A DNA stretch of 64,000 nucleotides, from positions 64,001 through 128,000 of the forward strand of contig CBDCEW010000102.1 of the NCBI GenBank assembly GCA_965215885.1. The letters are read 5' to 3'. The stretch's first letter is position 1. Each line of letters begins with the position of its first letter. The DNA is from Candidatus Moanibacter sp. (GTDB taxonomy: Bacteria > Verrucomicrobiota > Verrucomicrobiia > Opitutales > UBA2987). The notes beneath the pieces were generated by a model. That model was not told the origin of the DNA, did no database searches, and worked only from the letters and a program-made list of their open reading frames with translations. Position numbers and translations under genes: made by a program. Below, one piece after another: positions 21,417-32,353 of the stretch.

Positions 21417-21534
21417 CCGGAACTACCAGTATTCATCGGCCTCTCCTGAGATTTGCTAGCTATATCAGGTCGGCACGTGCTGTGCTGGATTAATATAATT
21501 TGAAATAAACGCGTTTATCGATTATCTTATCTCT

Positions 21535-21710
21535 GTCCAGAGAGTAGTCCAAACAACTTGAATTACCAGAGCTTCTGGTAATTGCAATAGACTGAAAGGC
21601 CTTAAAACGGCCTGAGTGTTAAGACTAGCGACAGATAACACCAGAAGCTGGATTTGAGAGCGGCCCGGCTTCATTTAAGCCACCTGCCCGTCCACGGGAG
21701 GTGGCTTTTC
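21535..21710 (+). ncRNA. candidate orphan structured small RNA
   Basis: TTGAAA-N17-TATCTT promoter (21500-21528); stems gcttctggt/accagaagc, aggcc/ggcct, gtgtta/taacac; terminator aagccacct...aggtggctttt; no ORF. Confidence 0.5.
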
Positions 21711-21711
21711 C

Positions 21712-21769
21712 CTAGCCCGAACATTTCACCAAATCTTCCGCTACGAAGTGTGTGAAATGTCCGGGCCAG
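21712..21769. repeat. MITE family B short copy
   Basis: ctagcccgaacatttcac ... gtgaaatgtccgggccag. Confidence 0.75.
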
Positions 21770-21875
21770 CTGCATTCGGCGAGTCTCGCCCGACGGACTG
21801 CAGAGCAAGAATCATGGCGCATTCTTCAGGGCCGCATTCAAGGCAAAAATGGAAGACCACGCCAGGAAAAGCGGG

Positions 21876-22799
21876 CTAAAAGGCGACGTCGATCTCGGCA
21901 AGAGCATCCTTTAGAGAGGGTTCCATGGGATGCCCGTTGAAGAGCACTTTCCCCTCTGGATTCAGAAGAATCATACGGGGCAGGGAGTCGATCATTAAAA
22001 GGCGGCCGATTGGACCACCGCTTGGCTCCACCAGCCAGGACAACTCGATAGCTTCATTCATTCGGAAATTCTCGGCTTTTTCGATCGATTCGGTATTTAA
22101 ACCCGCTACTACGAGACCCTGTGGTTCGAGAATTTCCGCCTTCTTCATAAGTTCCGGCATCAGGGCGATACAGGGAGCGCACCAGGTGGCCCAAAAGTCT
22201 AAAAGTATCCCTTTCTTGTCTTTTGCCAGTTGCTCCAATGTTATGGAGTCTCCCTGAGAGGTGGATATTGGAAGATCCATAGGTAGAACGAGATTGTCCA
22301 ATCTTTCGGCTTTTCGGTGCTCTTCGATAAAGAAGGCCAAAAGGGTTCCGAGCTCGGGATTGAACCAAAAACTCTCCTTGGTAGATGCCTCAAAGTCGGT
22401 GTTGTTCTCTTTCTGCTTTGCCTCCAGCGCGCGAAAGAAATGATAGTATCCGTATAATTCATCGGGATTGCGAAAAATCTCGCTCTTTTCGATATCCCAC
22501 GAGTGCAGCAGGGCATCAATCTCCGGTAACAACACAACGACCTTTTCAAATTCTCCATTCTTCCAGATTCGGGCGATTCTGGCCTCCATCAGAATTTGGG
22601 GTGTAGCGCCGAGCATAGCCGCATTTCCCAAATAAGACTCGAATTCATGATCCGACTGGATCTCGTCGTCGAAAAGAATCCGTAACAGAGAATCGAGTTC
22701 ATCTACGGCAGGATTAGTCTCCGCGTTTTCCTCCGCCGATAGTGATGGAGTGTAAAACGCCGAGATTAGAAACAATAAAATCCGAACTTGCCTACGCAT
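21876..22799 (-). CDS. TlpA-family thiol-disulfide oxidoreductase, exported
   Basis: LLDFWATWCAPC; signal peptide from ATG 22799. Confidence 0.88.
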   Translation of the reverse strand: MRRQVRILLFLISAFYTPSLSAEENAETNPAVDELDSLLRILFDDEIQSDHEFESYLGNAAMLGATPQILMEARIARIWKNGEFEKVVVLLPEIDALLHSWDIEKSEIFRNPDELYGYYHFFRALEAKQKENNTDFEASTKESFWFNPELGTLLAFFIEEHRKAERLDNLVLPMDLPISTSQGDSITLEQLAKDKKGILLDFWATWCAPCIALMPELMKKAEILEPQGLVVAGLNTESIEKAENFRMNEAIELSWLVEPSGGPIGRLLMIDSLPRMILLNPEGKVLFNGHPMEPSLKDALAEIDVAF

Positions 22800-22978
22800 T
22801 TTCCTTGATTCGTTAATTAGCACACCGTTGCGATTCCGGCCAATACTATTTGGAGATAAAGAGATATGTTTTATTTCCGGGATAGAAGACAAACCCTTGC
22901 GGAAACGCAAGTGGGCCTCGAATAATCCGACGGGCTCTTAAGGAAACACCCGCCTCTCGGAACGGTCTCACATAAGGT

Positions 22979-23764
22979 TTGACCCGTCTGAATAAAGATT
23001 CGATAAATCCAAGCCCTATGATCGCGTTAAGAGAAGTATACAAGAGTTTGGGCCTTATTGGCGCTCTTTCGCTGGCAACGATTACTGCGCCCCGTGCGTT
23101 CGCCCAGGAGGATGATTCTCCAGCACCGAAAAAGGATTCCCTGCACAACGAGGCCTTGCAGGCATACGGGTGGTACCTCGGATCTCAAGGGGGGCTGAAT
23201 TGGGACTTCACGGAGGAAGATAAAGAGCAGATCATAATAGGGATTCGGCGGGCGGCGAACGGTCATGGCGCGCCCAGCGACATGGAGGCGCTCCTGCCCA
23301 GGATCGACAAAATTGTCAGCGCAAAGGCTGAGAAATTTCAGAAAGAGCAGGCCGAGCAAAATAAGGAGATATCCAGGCGCTACCTGGAAGAGGCGTTAAA
23401 GACAGAGGGGATCGAGAAAACCGAAAACGGACTGGTGTATCAAATCATAGAGCTCGGTATCGGAGCATTTCCGAAGCCAGATGATATGGTACGTCTCAAC
23501 TATCGTGGGAGACTCATCAACGGCCAGGAATTTGACAGTTCGTTCCAACGGGGAAGGCCGGCTGACCTTGTCATGAGCAACGTCATACCGGGCTTTCGTG
23601 AAGGATTACAGCTTTTACGTGAAGGAGGCAGAATAATCCTCTACATACCTCCGGAATTGGGCTACGGTGAGGAAGCTCAACAAGGCATTCCCGCAAACTC
23701 GGTGCTCACCTTTGAAATCGACCTCATCGAGGTGAATCCGGTTGGGGTTCGCGCGCCACAATAG
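22979..23764 (+). CDS. fkpA: FKBP-type peptidyl-prolyl isomerase (FkpA/Mip-like)
   Basis: NYRGRLINGQEFDSS, VIPGFREGL, IPPELGYG, IPANSVLTFEIDL. Confidence 0.88.
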   Translation: MTRLNKDSINPSPMIALREVYKSLGLIGALSLATITAPRAFAQEDDSPAPKKDSLHNEALQAYGWYLGSQGGLNWDFTEEDKEQIIIGIRRAANGHGAPSDMEALLPRIDKIVSAKAEKFQKEQAEQNKEISRRYLEEALKTEGIEKTENGLVYQIIELGIGAFPKPDDMVRLNYRGRLINGQEFDSSFQRGRPADLVMSNVIPGFREGLQLLREGGRIILYIPPELGYGEEAQQGIPANSVLTFEIDLIEVNPVGVRAPQ

Positions 23765-23771
23765 CAAATCG

Positions 23772-25532
23772 TTACGAATCGACCGGCGGAGGGATCTTCT
23801 CTCCTATCGAAAAAAGCAAAACGGCTATCAAAACAGGAGCGAGGATAAAGTACAACCAGACGGGCATTCCGAGGGCTACACCTACGTAACCTGACAGTGA
23901 GGCCACCGCCATCGTAGTCAGCGCGTAGACGATCTGGGTCGTAACGTGATCGATGTGGTCGCAGCCCGTGGAAATCGAGGAAAGAACCGTGGTATCGCTG
24001 ATCGGGCTGCAGTGATCCCCGAAGATCGCACCATCCAGTACGGCCGCGGTTGCGAGCCAGAAGAGGATGCGATTGCCCTCTTCATAAGCGCCCATGGCAT
24101 GGGCGAGTGGAAGGATAATGGGAATGAGTATACCCATCGAGCCAAAGCTCGTTCCTGTTGCAAACGCCATACCCGAAGCCGTGAGAAATACAACGAGAGG
24201 AAGCAATGTCAGCGGCAGCCGAGTGCCGAGGAGTGAGATCAGATATCTGTCGGTGTGAAGTCCGTAGGCATCGTTGGTACAGATCTCTTTCATTGCCCAT
24301 GCCATGGTGAGTATAAATATCGCCATCCACAGAGTCGGAATGGCTCGAAGGTAAGCTCCCATTGACTGGCGGATTGACAATATTCTCTGGCCCACAGCCA
24401 GCGAAACGGCTATCACGCCGCCGGCCACGGAAGCCAGGAACAGTATCATCATCGCGCCTCCTCCTCCATAGGAGGGATTGGTAGTCGCTCCGAAAGCATC
24501 GCGCCAGCTCAACAGCTGGAGGAGCGAGAAGCTTCCCCCTCCATCGATGATACGGGCTCGGCCCAAAAGAAGGATTCCTGCCAAGGTGCCGAAAATCACG
24601 ATGAAGAGTGGCGCGGCGGCATTGATCCAACGCTGTGGTTTATCAGGAATTGGCTCCATTTCTTCCCCACCTTCGCGCACGATCAATACGGCACTGTCTG
24701 AGACCAGCTTTCCTTCCACCGCGGCGCGAATTTCCGCTTTTCGCATGGGTCCGAAATCTCTGCCCGTTGCCGAAGCCAGGAAGACCATCATCAGGGTACC
24801 CCAGCAGTAGAAGCGAAACGGAATGATCGTTACGAAAATGAGGTATCCCCCTTCCTCCAGTGCCAGATCGTTTCCCACAGCTTCAAAGAGCCATACTTCA
24901 AATGCGATCCAGGTCGACAGCAGGGCCAGGCCGGCAACCGGTGCAGTCGTTGAATCAACCAGATAAGCCAGTTTCTCCCGTGATATCTTCCACTTGTCGC
25001 AGAGTTTTCTCATCGTAGAACCGACCACCACCGTGTTGGAGTAATCGTCGAAGAAGATCACCAATCCTGCCAACATTGTGGCTACTTTGGCGGAACGAGG
25101 GCCCTTCGCCACTCTGCTGATGATGGTGACGAGACCATGAATGCCGCCGCTCCTGTAGGCGACATGAATCATTCCGACGAGGGCGAATAGAAAGAGAAAG
25201 ATGTATAGATTGAATTGTCCGGTGAAGTTGATCCAGATAAACTCCTTTATCCCCCTCGGAATCGCTGTCATGAATTGAGGATAGAACGCGAGAACGGAAC
25301 CCAGGATGAAAGCGCTGCTCAATGCCCACACGAGCGTCCGAAAATAGACTGCTACCGTGATCGCCATGAGCGGCGGTAATATTGACGTCCAATGGCCGGC
25401 TTCCTCTTCCGCAAGATACACAACCTTATCTGTGGGAAGGTTGGCGAAAAACAGGCAGATACAGAGACAGGTAAGAATGAAAGCTCCCCATCGCGCAGGG
25501 CGCTTCCAATAATGTGTATCTCGTCTCTTCAT
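23772..25532 (-). CDS. Na+/H+ antiporter NhaC family protein
   Basis: IFFDDYSN, SREKLAYLVDSTTAP, FATGTSFG, GDHCSPISDTT. Confidence 0.9.
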   Translation of the reverse strand: MKRRDTHYWKRPARWGAFILTCLCICLFFANLPTDKVVYLAEEEAGHWTSILPPLMAITVAVYFRTLVWALSSAFILGSVLAFYPQFMTAIPRGIKEFIWINFTGQFNLYIFLFLFALVGMIHVAYRSGGIHGLVTIISRVAKGPRSAKVATMLAGLVIFFDDYSNTVVVGSTMRKLCDKWKISREKLAYLVDSTTAPVAGLALLSTWIAFEVWLFEAVGNDLALEEGGYLIFVTIIPFRFYCWGTLMMVFLASATGRDFGPMRKAEIRAAVEGKLVSDSAVLIVREGGEEMEPIPDKPQRWINAAAPLFIVIFGTLAGILLLGRARIIDGGGSFSLLQLLSWRDAFGATTNPSYGGGGAMMILFLASVAGGVIAVSLAVGQRILSIRQSMGAYLRAIPTLWMAIFILTMAWAMKEICTNDAYGLHTDRYLISLLGTRLPLTLLPLVVFLTASGMAFATGTSFGSMGILIPIILPLAHAMGAYEEGNRILFWLATAAVLDGAIFGDHCSPISDTTVLSSISTGCDHIDHVTTQIVYALTTMAVASLSGYVGVALGMPVWLYFILAPVLIAVLLFSIGEKIPPPVDS

Positions 25533-25534
25533 CC

Positions 25535-25633
25535 CTGGGAATCTGTCGGACCTGGATTTGCCAACATCCCCGTGGTGCGGATTTCATGATGACAGATCGA
25601 CATTCCAATGCAGATGAGAGCGACAGATTCCTT
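25535..25633. repeat. MITE family A copy
   Basis: ctgggaatctgtcggac ... cgacagattcctt; colinear with 19147-19246. Confidence 0.8.
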
Positions 25634-25637
25634 CTTT

Positions 25638-26429
25638 CTAGAGGCCGAAAAAATCCAGCGTGTTACGTGAGGCGGTTTCCGCAAATTCCTCGAATTCCAT
25701 ACCGAAGAGTTTGGCACAGAAATCGGCTGTATAGCGGACAAACGCCGGCTCGTTCGGTTTGCCCCTCTTTGGCTCCGGCGATAAATAGGGAGCGTCCGTT
25801 TCGACCATGACGGAGTCCACCCCCTGAAGGAGAGCTGCTTCGCGTATCTTTTGAGCATTCCGATAGGTGATGATCCCCGTAAATGAACCGCGGCCCCCCC
25901 GGTTGTTCAGTAGGCGTATCTCTTCCGGCCCTTCCGCGAAACAATGAAAGACCACCCGGCTCCAGTCCAGACCGCTTCCATCGATAACCCTGATACACTC
26001 ATGAAAAGCGTTGCGCGAGTGTATGATTACGGGGCACCCGAATTGGAGAGCCAGGGCGAGCTGATGCTCGAATACCTCGATCTGCCGCGCTTTAACCTCA
26101 GCTGCTTCGTCAGGATACTTGGGAAGATGAAAATGATCGAGACCGATCTCGCCTAACGCTACAGGCAGGTTCTCCTGGGTGAAAAACGGCGAAAGTTGCA
26201 CCAGCTGCTCCTCCCAATCATCTTCTATGTCTGTCGGGTGTAAGCCCACCGAATAGCCAATCTTCCCGTCACTACCGATCGACAGTTCCTGATTGTCGCT
26301 CCAGTCCGTTATGCTTGTGCCGATCGTAATTAATCGACCCACTCCGGCGTCCGCCGCATTCCTTAACGCCTCTTCCAGGGTGCCTCGTCTTTGCAGAGAA
26401 GCGAGATGACAATGACTGTCTATCAGCAT
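25638..26429 (-). CDS. tatD: TatD family DNase
   Basis: IDSHCH, GLHP, GEIGLD, IHSR, FHCF, ETDAPYL. Confidence 0.93.
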   Translation of the reverse strand: MLIDSHCHLASLQRRGTLEEALRNAADAGVGRLITIGTSITDWSDNQELSIGSDGKIGYSVGLHPTDIEDDWEEQLVQLSPFFTQENLPVALGEIGLDHFHLPKYPDEAAEVKARQIEVFEHQLALALQFGCPVIIHSRNAFHECIRVIDGSGLDWSRVVFHCFAEGPEEIRLLNNRGGRGSFTGIITYRNAQKIREAALLQGVDSVMVETDAPYLSPEPKRGKPNEPAFVRYTADFCAKLFGMEFEEFAETASRNTLDFFGL

Positions 26430-26727
26430 TCGATTCCTCCAGTATACCTTATAGGCGGTTTCTCAGTCGTCATAGAACGACCCGAACCATTACGCAATAT
26501 TTCAAATTTATTCGTTGCCCTCCATTTGTCCGGAGTTTTGACAGATTTCCTGACTCCAGCGAAACCGCATCCCCAAAGCTTCAATATTAAGAGAATTGAA
26601 TTTGAAAAAGGAACCATTCAAGCGAATCTGAGAACGACACCGTGTAGATTATCCAAGCGGATGAAAAAGATTGCTTTCCGCTTCAACATTTTCGTTTTCA
26701 GAAACCTACGATGCGGTTTCGCGTTCT

Positions 26728-26791
26728 CTAACCCGAAGATAGGAAGATGTCTCCCGCTGAGTCGGGAGCGGTAGTGAAATCTTCGGGTTGG
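26728..26791. repeat. MITE family B-related hairpin upstream of trxB
   Basis: ctaacccgaagat ... tgaaatcttcgggttgg resembles family B TIRs. Confidence 0.5.
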
Positions 26792-26824
26792 CTGCGTCGT
26801 TTCAAAGGACTCATTAGAATCTAA

Positions 26825-27757
26825 ATGGAAAACGTTATTATCTTAGGGACTGGGTGCGCGGGCCTGACCGCAGCCATATATGCTTCTCGGGCAAACTTGA
26901 ATCCGCTCGTTATTGAGGGAGGTCAACCAGGCGGTCAGTTGACGACAACCTCCGAAGTAGAGAACTTTCCCGGCTTTCCCGAAGGAGTCGACGGATTCGA
27001 GCTGATGGATCTCCTTCGTAAACAAGCGACTCGGTTTGGCACGCGAACCGCCCACGATTCAATTGAGAAGGTCGATTTCACGGACGGGAAAATGGTGGTG
27101 AGTTCCGCATCCAAGACCTACCAATCAAAGGCGCTGATCATTGCGACAGGAGCCTCTCCCCGGCTCCTCGGTATTCCGGGAGAACAGGAGATGTTCGGTG
27201 GAAAGGGTGTCACCACCTGCGCCACCTGTGACGGTGCGTTCTATCGCGGAATGGATGTCGTAGTCGTGGGCGGGGGAGATTCGGCCTGCGAGGAGGCACT
27301 CTTCCTTACCCGTTTCTGTAGCAAGATCTCTCTCATCCATCGCCGCGATGAATTGAGAGCATCCAAAATTATGGCTGGACGCCTTCTCGGCCACGATAAG
27401 ATCGAGCCGATTTGGAACACTGTCGTCGATGAGGTGCTGGCCGACGAAAGCGGCGCGGCCCGTGCCGTATCCGTCCTCGGCGTCGACACCAATGTAAGGG
27501 GTGAAATCCCCTGCAAGGGTGTCTTTCTCGCCATCGGACATATCCCCAACACACAGCCATTTGCGGGAGTGCTCGAGCTCGACCGTCAAGGGTATATCAT
27601 TCCCCGGTCGAATAATCAGGTTCTCACAAATATTCCCGGTGTGTTTGCCGCCGGCGATTGCGTCGATCATGTCTACAGGCAGGCCGTGACCGCCGCCGGT
27701 ATGGGTTGTCAGGCCGCCATAGAGGCGGAGAGATGGTTGGCCAGTCATGAGCATTAA
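26825..27757 (+). CDS. trxB: thioredoxin reductase
   Basis: [28 protein letters not shown]. Confidence 0.96.
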   Translation: MENVIILGTGCAGLTAAIYASRANLNPLVIEGGQPGGQLTTTSEVENFPGFPEGVDGFELMDLLRKQATRFGTRTAHDSIEKVDFTDGKMVVSSASKTYQSKALIIATGASPRLLGIPGEQEMFGGKGVTTCATCDGAFYRGMDVVVVGGGDSACEEALFLTRFCSKISLIHRRDELRASKIMAGRLLGHDKIEPIWNTVVDEVLADESGAARAVSVLGVDTNVRGEIPCKGVFLAIGHIPNTQPFAGVLELDRQGYIIPRSNNQVLTNIPGVFAAGDCVDHVYRQAVTAAGMGCQAAIEAERWLASHEH

Positions 27758-28166
27758 TTGTTGGTGACAATTGATGTTCCTTGGCTGTAGAGTTGAACGA
27801 GCTTATGTCAAATTTACTCAAGAGAGTTATATGTTGTTCAATTCGTAACGATTTACCTGTTGGCAGCACGGGTTATCGGTGCGGCGGCGGCTTACATGGA
27901 CATTGACCGGTTCTACAGAAAAAGAAGAGTAAGCATTCCTACTGTTCTGCGACACATACCCACTGACATTTTCATAATCGCAAACCAAGAAAACAATCCG
28001 ATGGGCTATGGATACGATTGGTGTAGAGTCAACTAAGGAGATGCTGGAAAAACGACGTTCATCCGACCAGAGTTAGATCGGAAGCCTTCGATTTAATTCT
28101 ACCTCCAATCTTTAGTTTGCGCGAGCGTGCTCTCCAAGATCTCGAATCAATGAGTTGATTGTGTGT

Positions 28167-28577
28167 ATGCCCGAAAAGATAAAGAAATCCGATGAAGATT
28201 GGAGGGCGCAACTCACTCCAATGCAGTATAACGTGGCGCGCCAGAAAGGCACCGAGAGGCCCTTCCAGAATGAGTACCACGATAGTAAGGAGCCGGGTAC
28301 GTATCGCTGCGTTTGCTGTCACGCACCACTCTTTAGTGCCGACGAAAAGTTCGATTCCGGTACCGGTTGGCCGAGTTACACCGCTCCCGTCAATGATGAC
28401 GCAATCGCCACCGAAACCGACTCCGGTCTGTTCATGAAACGCACCGAAGTGCTCTGCCGCAAGTGCGATGCCCACCTAGGGCATGTCTTTCCCGATGGCC
28501 CCGCCCCCACCGGACTGCGCTACTGCATCAACTCCGCCGCGCTCGCCTTCGAGCGCGATCCTGCGTCAGACATGTAG
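28167..28577 (+). CDS. msrB: peptide-methionine (R)-S-oxide reductase
   Basis: [32 protein letters not shown]. Confidence 0.96.
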   Translation: MPEKIKKSDEDWRAQLTPMQYNVARQKGTERPFQNEYHDSKEPGTYRCVCCHAPLFSADEKFDSGTGWPSYTAPVNDDAIATETDSGLFMKRTEVLCRKCDAHLGHVFPDGPAPTGLRYCINSAALAFERDPASDM

Positions 28578-28594
28578 ATATCAGAGGATCGCGA

Positions 28595-29704
28595 ATGCGT
28601 GTTCTCCGTAAGATTCCCACTCCATGGACGCCCTATTCCGTAATGTTCAGCCGGGATGGCGGCCGGCTGGCAATTGGCGGCGGCACATGGTATGGAATGG
28701 GCGGCATCATTTTATCTTCATTATCCAATGAAGACAGGGAGCTCTTTGACTTCAACCGTCCTCCTGAGCATTCGAATGGTGACATTCTGTCGTCTACTGT
28801 TTCCGGTATCTGTTTCACGGGGGATGACCGCCATCTGGCGGCCTCCACTTGGTTTGATCGCCATAACTACGGTCCCACCTACCTCTTTGAGGTCTCCGTG
28901 CTGAGACTGACCCATCGGGAGACCCTTAAATATGCGTGGCACGACGATATTGGAAATCCCTGTCCCACCGGGGTGCTCTTTTACGACCGCCATCTCATTG
29001 TCCGTCACAATGCTACCATCCCTCGTGACGTCATCGCCGTTTGGCCAATGCCACCGGAAATTGCGGTTCAAACGGAAGAAATTCGTCCGCATCTCACAAG
29101 CAGTCGAATGGTGGTCGTTGACGGTGACGTGATAACTGGCGGTGGCGGTTCGCTAAGTCTCGTCGCTTGGCGTATTGATATGGGCATGCAAGAGGAGGGT
29201 AGGGCATGCGGCGGCATGGTTCAGGCAACTCTTCAGTCGCAAGGCGATGATGTTCGGTTTATACCGGTCGCCGATTGCCGTAGGGTTACGGCAATTGTCA
29301 CCGACCGGATCGGGAATGGCATCATAACCGGTGGCCTGGACGGGGAAGTGGATCGCTGGTCAACGGGCAACGACTGGGAGCAGCGACGATTGCAGGAAGT
29401 AAGAACGAAGGATGCTCCGAAGTCCCCTGAACTTGCTTGGGCAACTTATGAACCCGCCAGCATCGTCGGAATCTGCCATCTTTGTAAGAACGATCTGTGG
29501 GTCACTGTGGATGCAGTCGGAGAACTTACCCTATGGCAAAGGGACGAGATTTGTCGTACTTGGCGACTTCCTGAGGCAGGTTCACCCCGATCCATAGCCG
29601 CCCATCCCTTCGAGCCATGGATCGCAGTCGCCATCAAAAAGGGAGGCTTGGGCTGCGCCGAGTCAGCAGTTCTGTTGCTGGATTTGCGCGAGAGCGTCAT
29701 GTGA
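28595..29704 (+). CDS. hypothetical WD40/beta-propeller-like protein
   Basis: FSRDGGRLAIGG, ITGGLDGEVDRW, GELTLW blade-like segments; start at ATG 28595 after msrB. Confidence 0.6.
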   Translation: MRVLRKIPTPWTPYSVMFSRDGGRLAIGGGTWYGMGGIILSSLSNEDRELFDFNRPPEHSNGDILSSTVSGICFTGDDRHLAASTWFDRHNYGPTYLFEVSVLRLTHRETLKYAWHDDIGNPCPTGVLFYDRHLIVRHNATIPRDVIAVWPMPPEIAVQTEEIRPHLTSSRMVVVDGDVITGGGGSLSLVAWRIDMGMQEEGRACGGMVQATLQSQGDDVRFIPVADCRRVTAIVTDRIGNGIITGGLDGEVDRWSTGNDWEQRRLQEVRTKDAPKSPELAWATYEPASIVGICHLCKNDLWVTVDAVGELTLWQRDEICRTWRLPEAGSPRSIAAHPFEPWIAVAIKKGGLGCAESAVLLLDLRESVM

Positions 29705-29733
29705 GACGGATCGAACTCTACGCAGTTTCATAG

Positions 29734-30585
29734 GTGAACGAAACAGCTGATGCATTCGACTTCCGTGTTTCCGTAGTAATTCCGACTTTTAATCGGCGGA
29801 ACCTCCTATCCAGGGCCCTCGACTCGGTCCTGGGGCAGACTGTTTCACCGGAAGAGACTATCGTGGTCGATGATGGTTCCACCGACGAGACAACGGTCTT
29901 GCTCAACGAAAAGTATCCTTCCGTGCAAGTAGCGATTCAGGAAAATCGGGGGGTCTCCGCGGCGCGAAACACCGGCATAGCGATGGCCCGCTGCGATTGG
30001 CTCGCCTTTCTCGATTCGGACGACGAATGGCTGCCGCGAAAACTGGAAAATCAGCGTAGCGCACTCTCCCGCAATCCGAACATGCTCGTCTGTCATGGCA
30101 ACGACATCTGGGTACGGAACGGAAAGCGGGTGAATCCTCCAAAAAGATACGAAAAGTCCGGCGGGAGGATTTTTCAGAAGTGTCTGCCCGTCTGTGTCAT
30201 ATCGCCATCTGCCGTCATCATCCACCGGCAGATTTTCGATCAAGTCGGTCTCTTTGACGAAGCCCTGCCCGCAGCAGAGGATTACGACATGTGGCTACGC
30301 ATTTGCTCACGATTTCCCGTGCTCTATGTGGAAGAACCACTCATCGTCAAATATGATGGACACCCCGACCAGCTTTCCCACCAGTGGGGAATCGACCGTT
30401 ACCGCATTCAAGCCCTGTGTAAGATCCTCGATTCAGGGCTTCTCAATGCCTCCGATTACGATGCCACGCTCAAGGTCTTAGGCGAAAAGTGCGCTGTTTA
30501 TTCGCACGGCTCAAAAAAACGCGGGAAATATGATGAGGCGGAGAACTACTCCCGAATACCCCAGCGTTACCACACCCGTCGCTAA
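29734..30585 (+). CDS. glycosyltransferase family 2
   Basis: [32 protein letters not shown]. Confidence 0.92.
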   Translation: MNETADAFDFRVSVVIPTFNRRNLLSRALDSVLGQTVSPEETIVVDDGSTDETTVLLNEKYPSVQVAIQENRGVSAARNTGIAMARCDWLAFLDSDDEWLPRKLENQRSALSRNPNMLVCHGNDIWVRNGKRVNPPKRYEKSGGRIFQKCLPVCVISPSAVIIHRQIFDQVGLFDEALPAAEDYDMWLRICSRFPVLYVEEPLIVKYDGHPDQLSHQWGIDRYRIQALCKILDSGLLNASDYDATLKVLGEKCAVYSHGSKKRGKYDEAENYSRIPQRYHTRR

Positions 30586-30627
30586 GTACTCCAATTCGCA
30601 AATACGATGACGTATGCCGAGGCGATT
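30582..30627. repeat. MITE family C single end
   Basis: ctaagtactccaattcgcaaatacgatgacgtatgccgaggcgatt closely matches the reverse complement of the 43690-43737 end. Confidence 0.7.
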
Positions 30628-30696
30628 GTTGCTCATCCTGGCGACATTCGACTTTGACAGACCTCTCAATTTTCCGAATGGTCACCCTTCACGTCT

Positions 30697-31716
30697 ATGG
30701 ACACCTTGACGAGCGAACAGCGCATACAGACGACCTGTCTACTGATCATCAGTGCCTTCGCCATTGGTGTGGCCTTTTACTTCCTGCGGCCCGTCCTCGT
30801 GCCCTTTGTCCTGGCCATCTTTTTTACTTACTGCCTGAGCCCAGTTATCGACCTTCAACGGCGACATCTCAAGATGCCCCGTCTCCTCGCCATCTTCATT
30901 ACCATCGTTCTGGGCTGTCTTATTCTCACCGTTCTGGCAATGGTCGTATCCGCTTCGGTCAGCCAAATGACGGAGCACGCGGAAGATTATCAGGAGCGGC
31001 TCAAGGCGCTGCTCGCCGGATTACCCGTATCGATTCCCCTGGAGAAACTGGGTGTCGAGCCGGCTGCAATTACCAGCACTCTTTTCCAAAATTTTCAATC
31101 TACGGTGGGTGGCATGGTCAGCGGTACAATCAGCGCAATCGTCAACGTCCTCTCCAAAGGTGTGCTCGTTCTTGTCTTTATGATCTTTATGCTTCTCGGA
31201 CGAAAAGAGATGGGAGGCGCCGAGACGGGTCTATGGAGTGAAGTCGAAAAACGCATCCGGAAGTATATTCTCAATATGATGCTCATCTCCGGCGCTACCG
31301 GACTCCTTGTGGGTTCAGCCTTGAGCATCATGGGTGTCGAATTTGCCCTCGTTTTCGGAGTCTCGGCATTTTTCCTCAACTTCATTCCCAGCATCGGTTC
31401 CATTATCGCCACCCTTCTCCCGCTGCCCGTTGTCCTCTTGGATGCAGAGCTCGGTATCCTTCTAAAAATCTTCGCCTTCGCTATTCCGGGACTCATTCAG
31501 TTTTGCATCGGTAATCTTCTTGCCCCGAAGATATTGGGGGACTCCCTCGACCTTCATCCCGTCGCCGTCATCTCCGCATTGATCTTCTTTGGAGTGATTT
31601 GGGGATTTGTGGGCATGTTTCTCGCCACACCAATCACCGCCATTACCAAGATTCTTCTCGAGAAAATGGAGCAGACCCGGCCCGTCGCCGCCCTCCTCGC
31701 CGGCCGCATCGGGTGA
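30697..31716 (+). CDS. AI-2E family transporter
   Basis: LNFIPSIGS, PKILGDSLDLHP, WGFVGMFLATP; multiple TM helices. Confidence 0.9.
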   Translation: MDTLTSEQRIQTTCLLIISAFAIGVAFYFLRPVLVPFVLAIFFTYCLSPVIDLQRRHLKMPRLLAIFITIVLGCLILTVLAMVVSASVSQMTEHAEDYQERLKALLAGLPVSIPLEKLGVEPAAITSTLFQNFQSTVGGMVSGTISAIVNVLSKGVLVLVFMIFMLLGRKEMGGAETGLWSEVEKRIRKYILNMMLISGATGLLVGSALSIMGVEFALVFGVSAFFLNFIPSIGSIIATLLPLPVVLLDAELGILLKIFAFAIPGLIQFCIGNLLAPKILGDSLDLHPVAVISALIFFGVIWGFVGMFLATPITAITKILLEKMEQTRPVAALLAGRIG

Positions 31717-31751
31717 TCTCTCTGGCTTGACATGCCCGGATTCTTAATTTT

Positions 31752-31770
31752 AATGATATTAAATCTCATT
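31752..31770. promoter_or_regulatory. Fur/PerR-box-like palindrome
   Basis: aatgatattaaatctcatt in the AT-rich promoter of the Fur-suf operon. Confidence 0.6.
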
Positions 31771-31828
31771 TACTATTGATTTTTGGTCTCATTCCAAATA
31801 ACTTACGGGTGTATCCACAAATTCAGCT

Positions 31829-32275
31829 ATGAATCTCTCAACAACACAAAGGGAAGTCCTCAATCGAGCACTTGATTATGGGGGATTGCGTTCCACTCGG
31901 CAGCGTGAACATGTATTTGGAGTTTTGCTGGGCAAGCGCGATCATCCGACAGCAGACGAAGTCTACGCCAGGTCGAAGATGGAGATGCCGAGCATATCTC
32001 TGGCCACGGTTTACAATTGCCTGGAGGCGCTGGTTGAATGCAAGCTGGTAAAGCAGGTGAATTTCGAGCGGGAACCCTCTCGATTCTGTCCGAACCTGGC
32101 CGAACATGCTCATTTCTACGATGAGGATAGCGGTAGCGTATTTGACATAGATCTACCGGAGGAACTCTTTGAAAAGCTAAAAGGAGTCCTGCCGAATGAC
32201 CTCGAGGCAACCACCGTGGAACTCAGTTTTCGAGGCAAGAACAAGGCCTTATTGAGCAGAGCGGAGGCAGATTAA
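31829..32275 (+). CDS. Fur family regulator (Irr/PerR-like) heading the suf operon
   Basis: DHPTADEVY, SLATVYN, HAHF; no CxxC pairs. Confidence 0.88.
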   Translation: MNLSTTQREVLNRALDYGGLRSTRQREHVFGVLLGKRDHPTADEVYARSKMEMPSISLATVYNCLEALVECKLVKQVNFEREPSRFCPNLAEHAHFYDEDSGSVFDIDLPEELFEKLKGVLPNDLEATTVELSFRGKNKALLSRAEAD

Positions 32276-32353
32276 TTCACTTTCCTGGAAATTCAACGAC
32301 ACCAGCATAGGGAAGTTACCTCCGATTGCATAACAAAGCGAAAGCACGAACTC

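Noticed and set aside
21571..21650. Hammerhead or other self-cleaving ribozyme
   Set aside because: The three-way-junction look is there, but the CUGANGA and GAAA cores are missing on both strands
27758..28160. Small gene in the trxB-msrB gap
   Set aside because: Only short or start-less frames with no recognisable motif; cannot be supported
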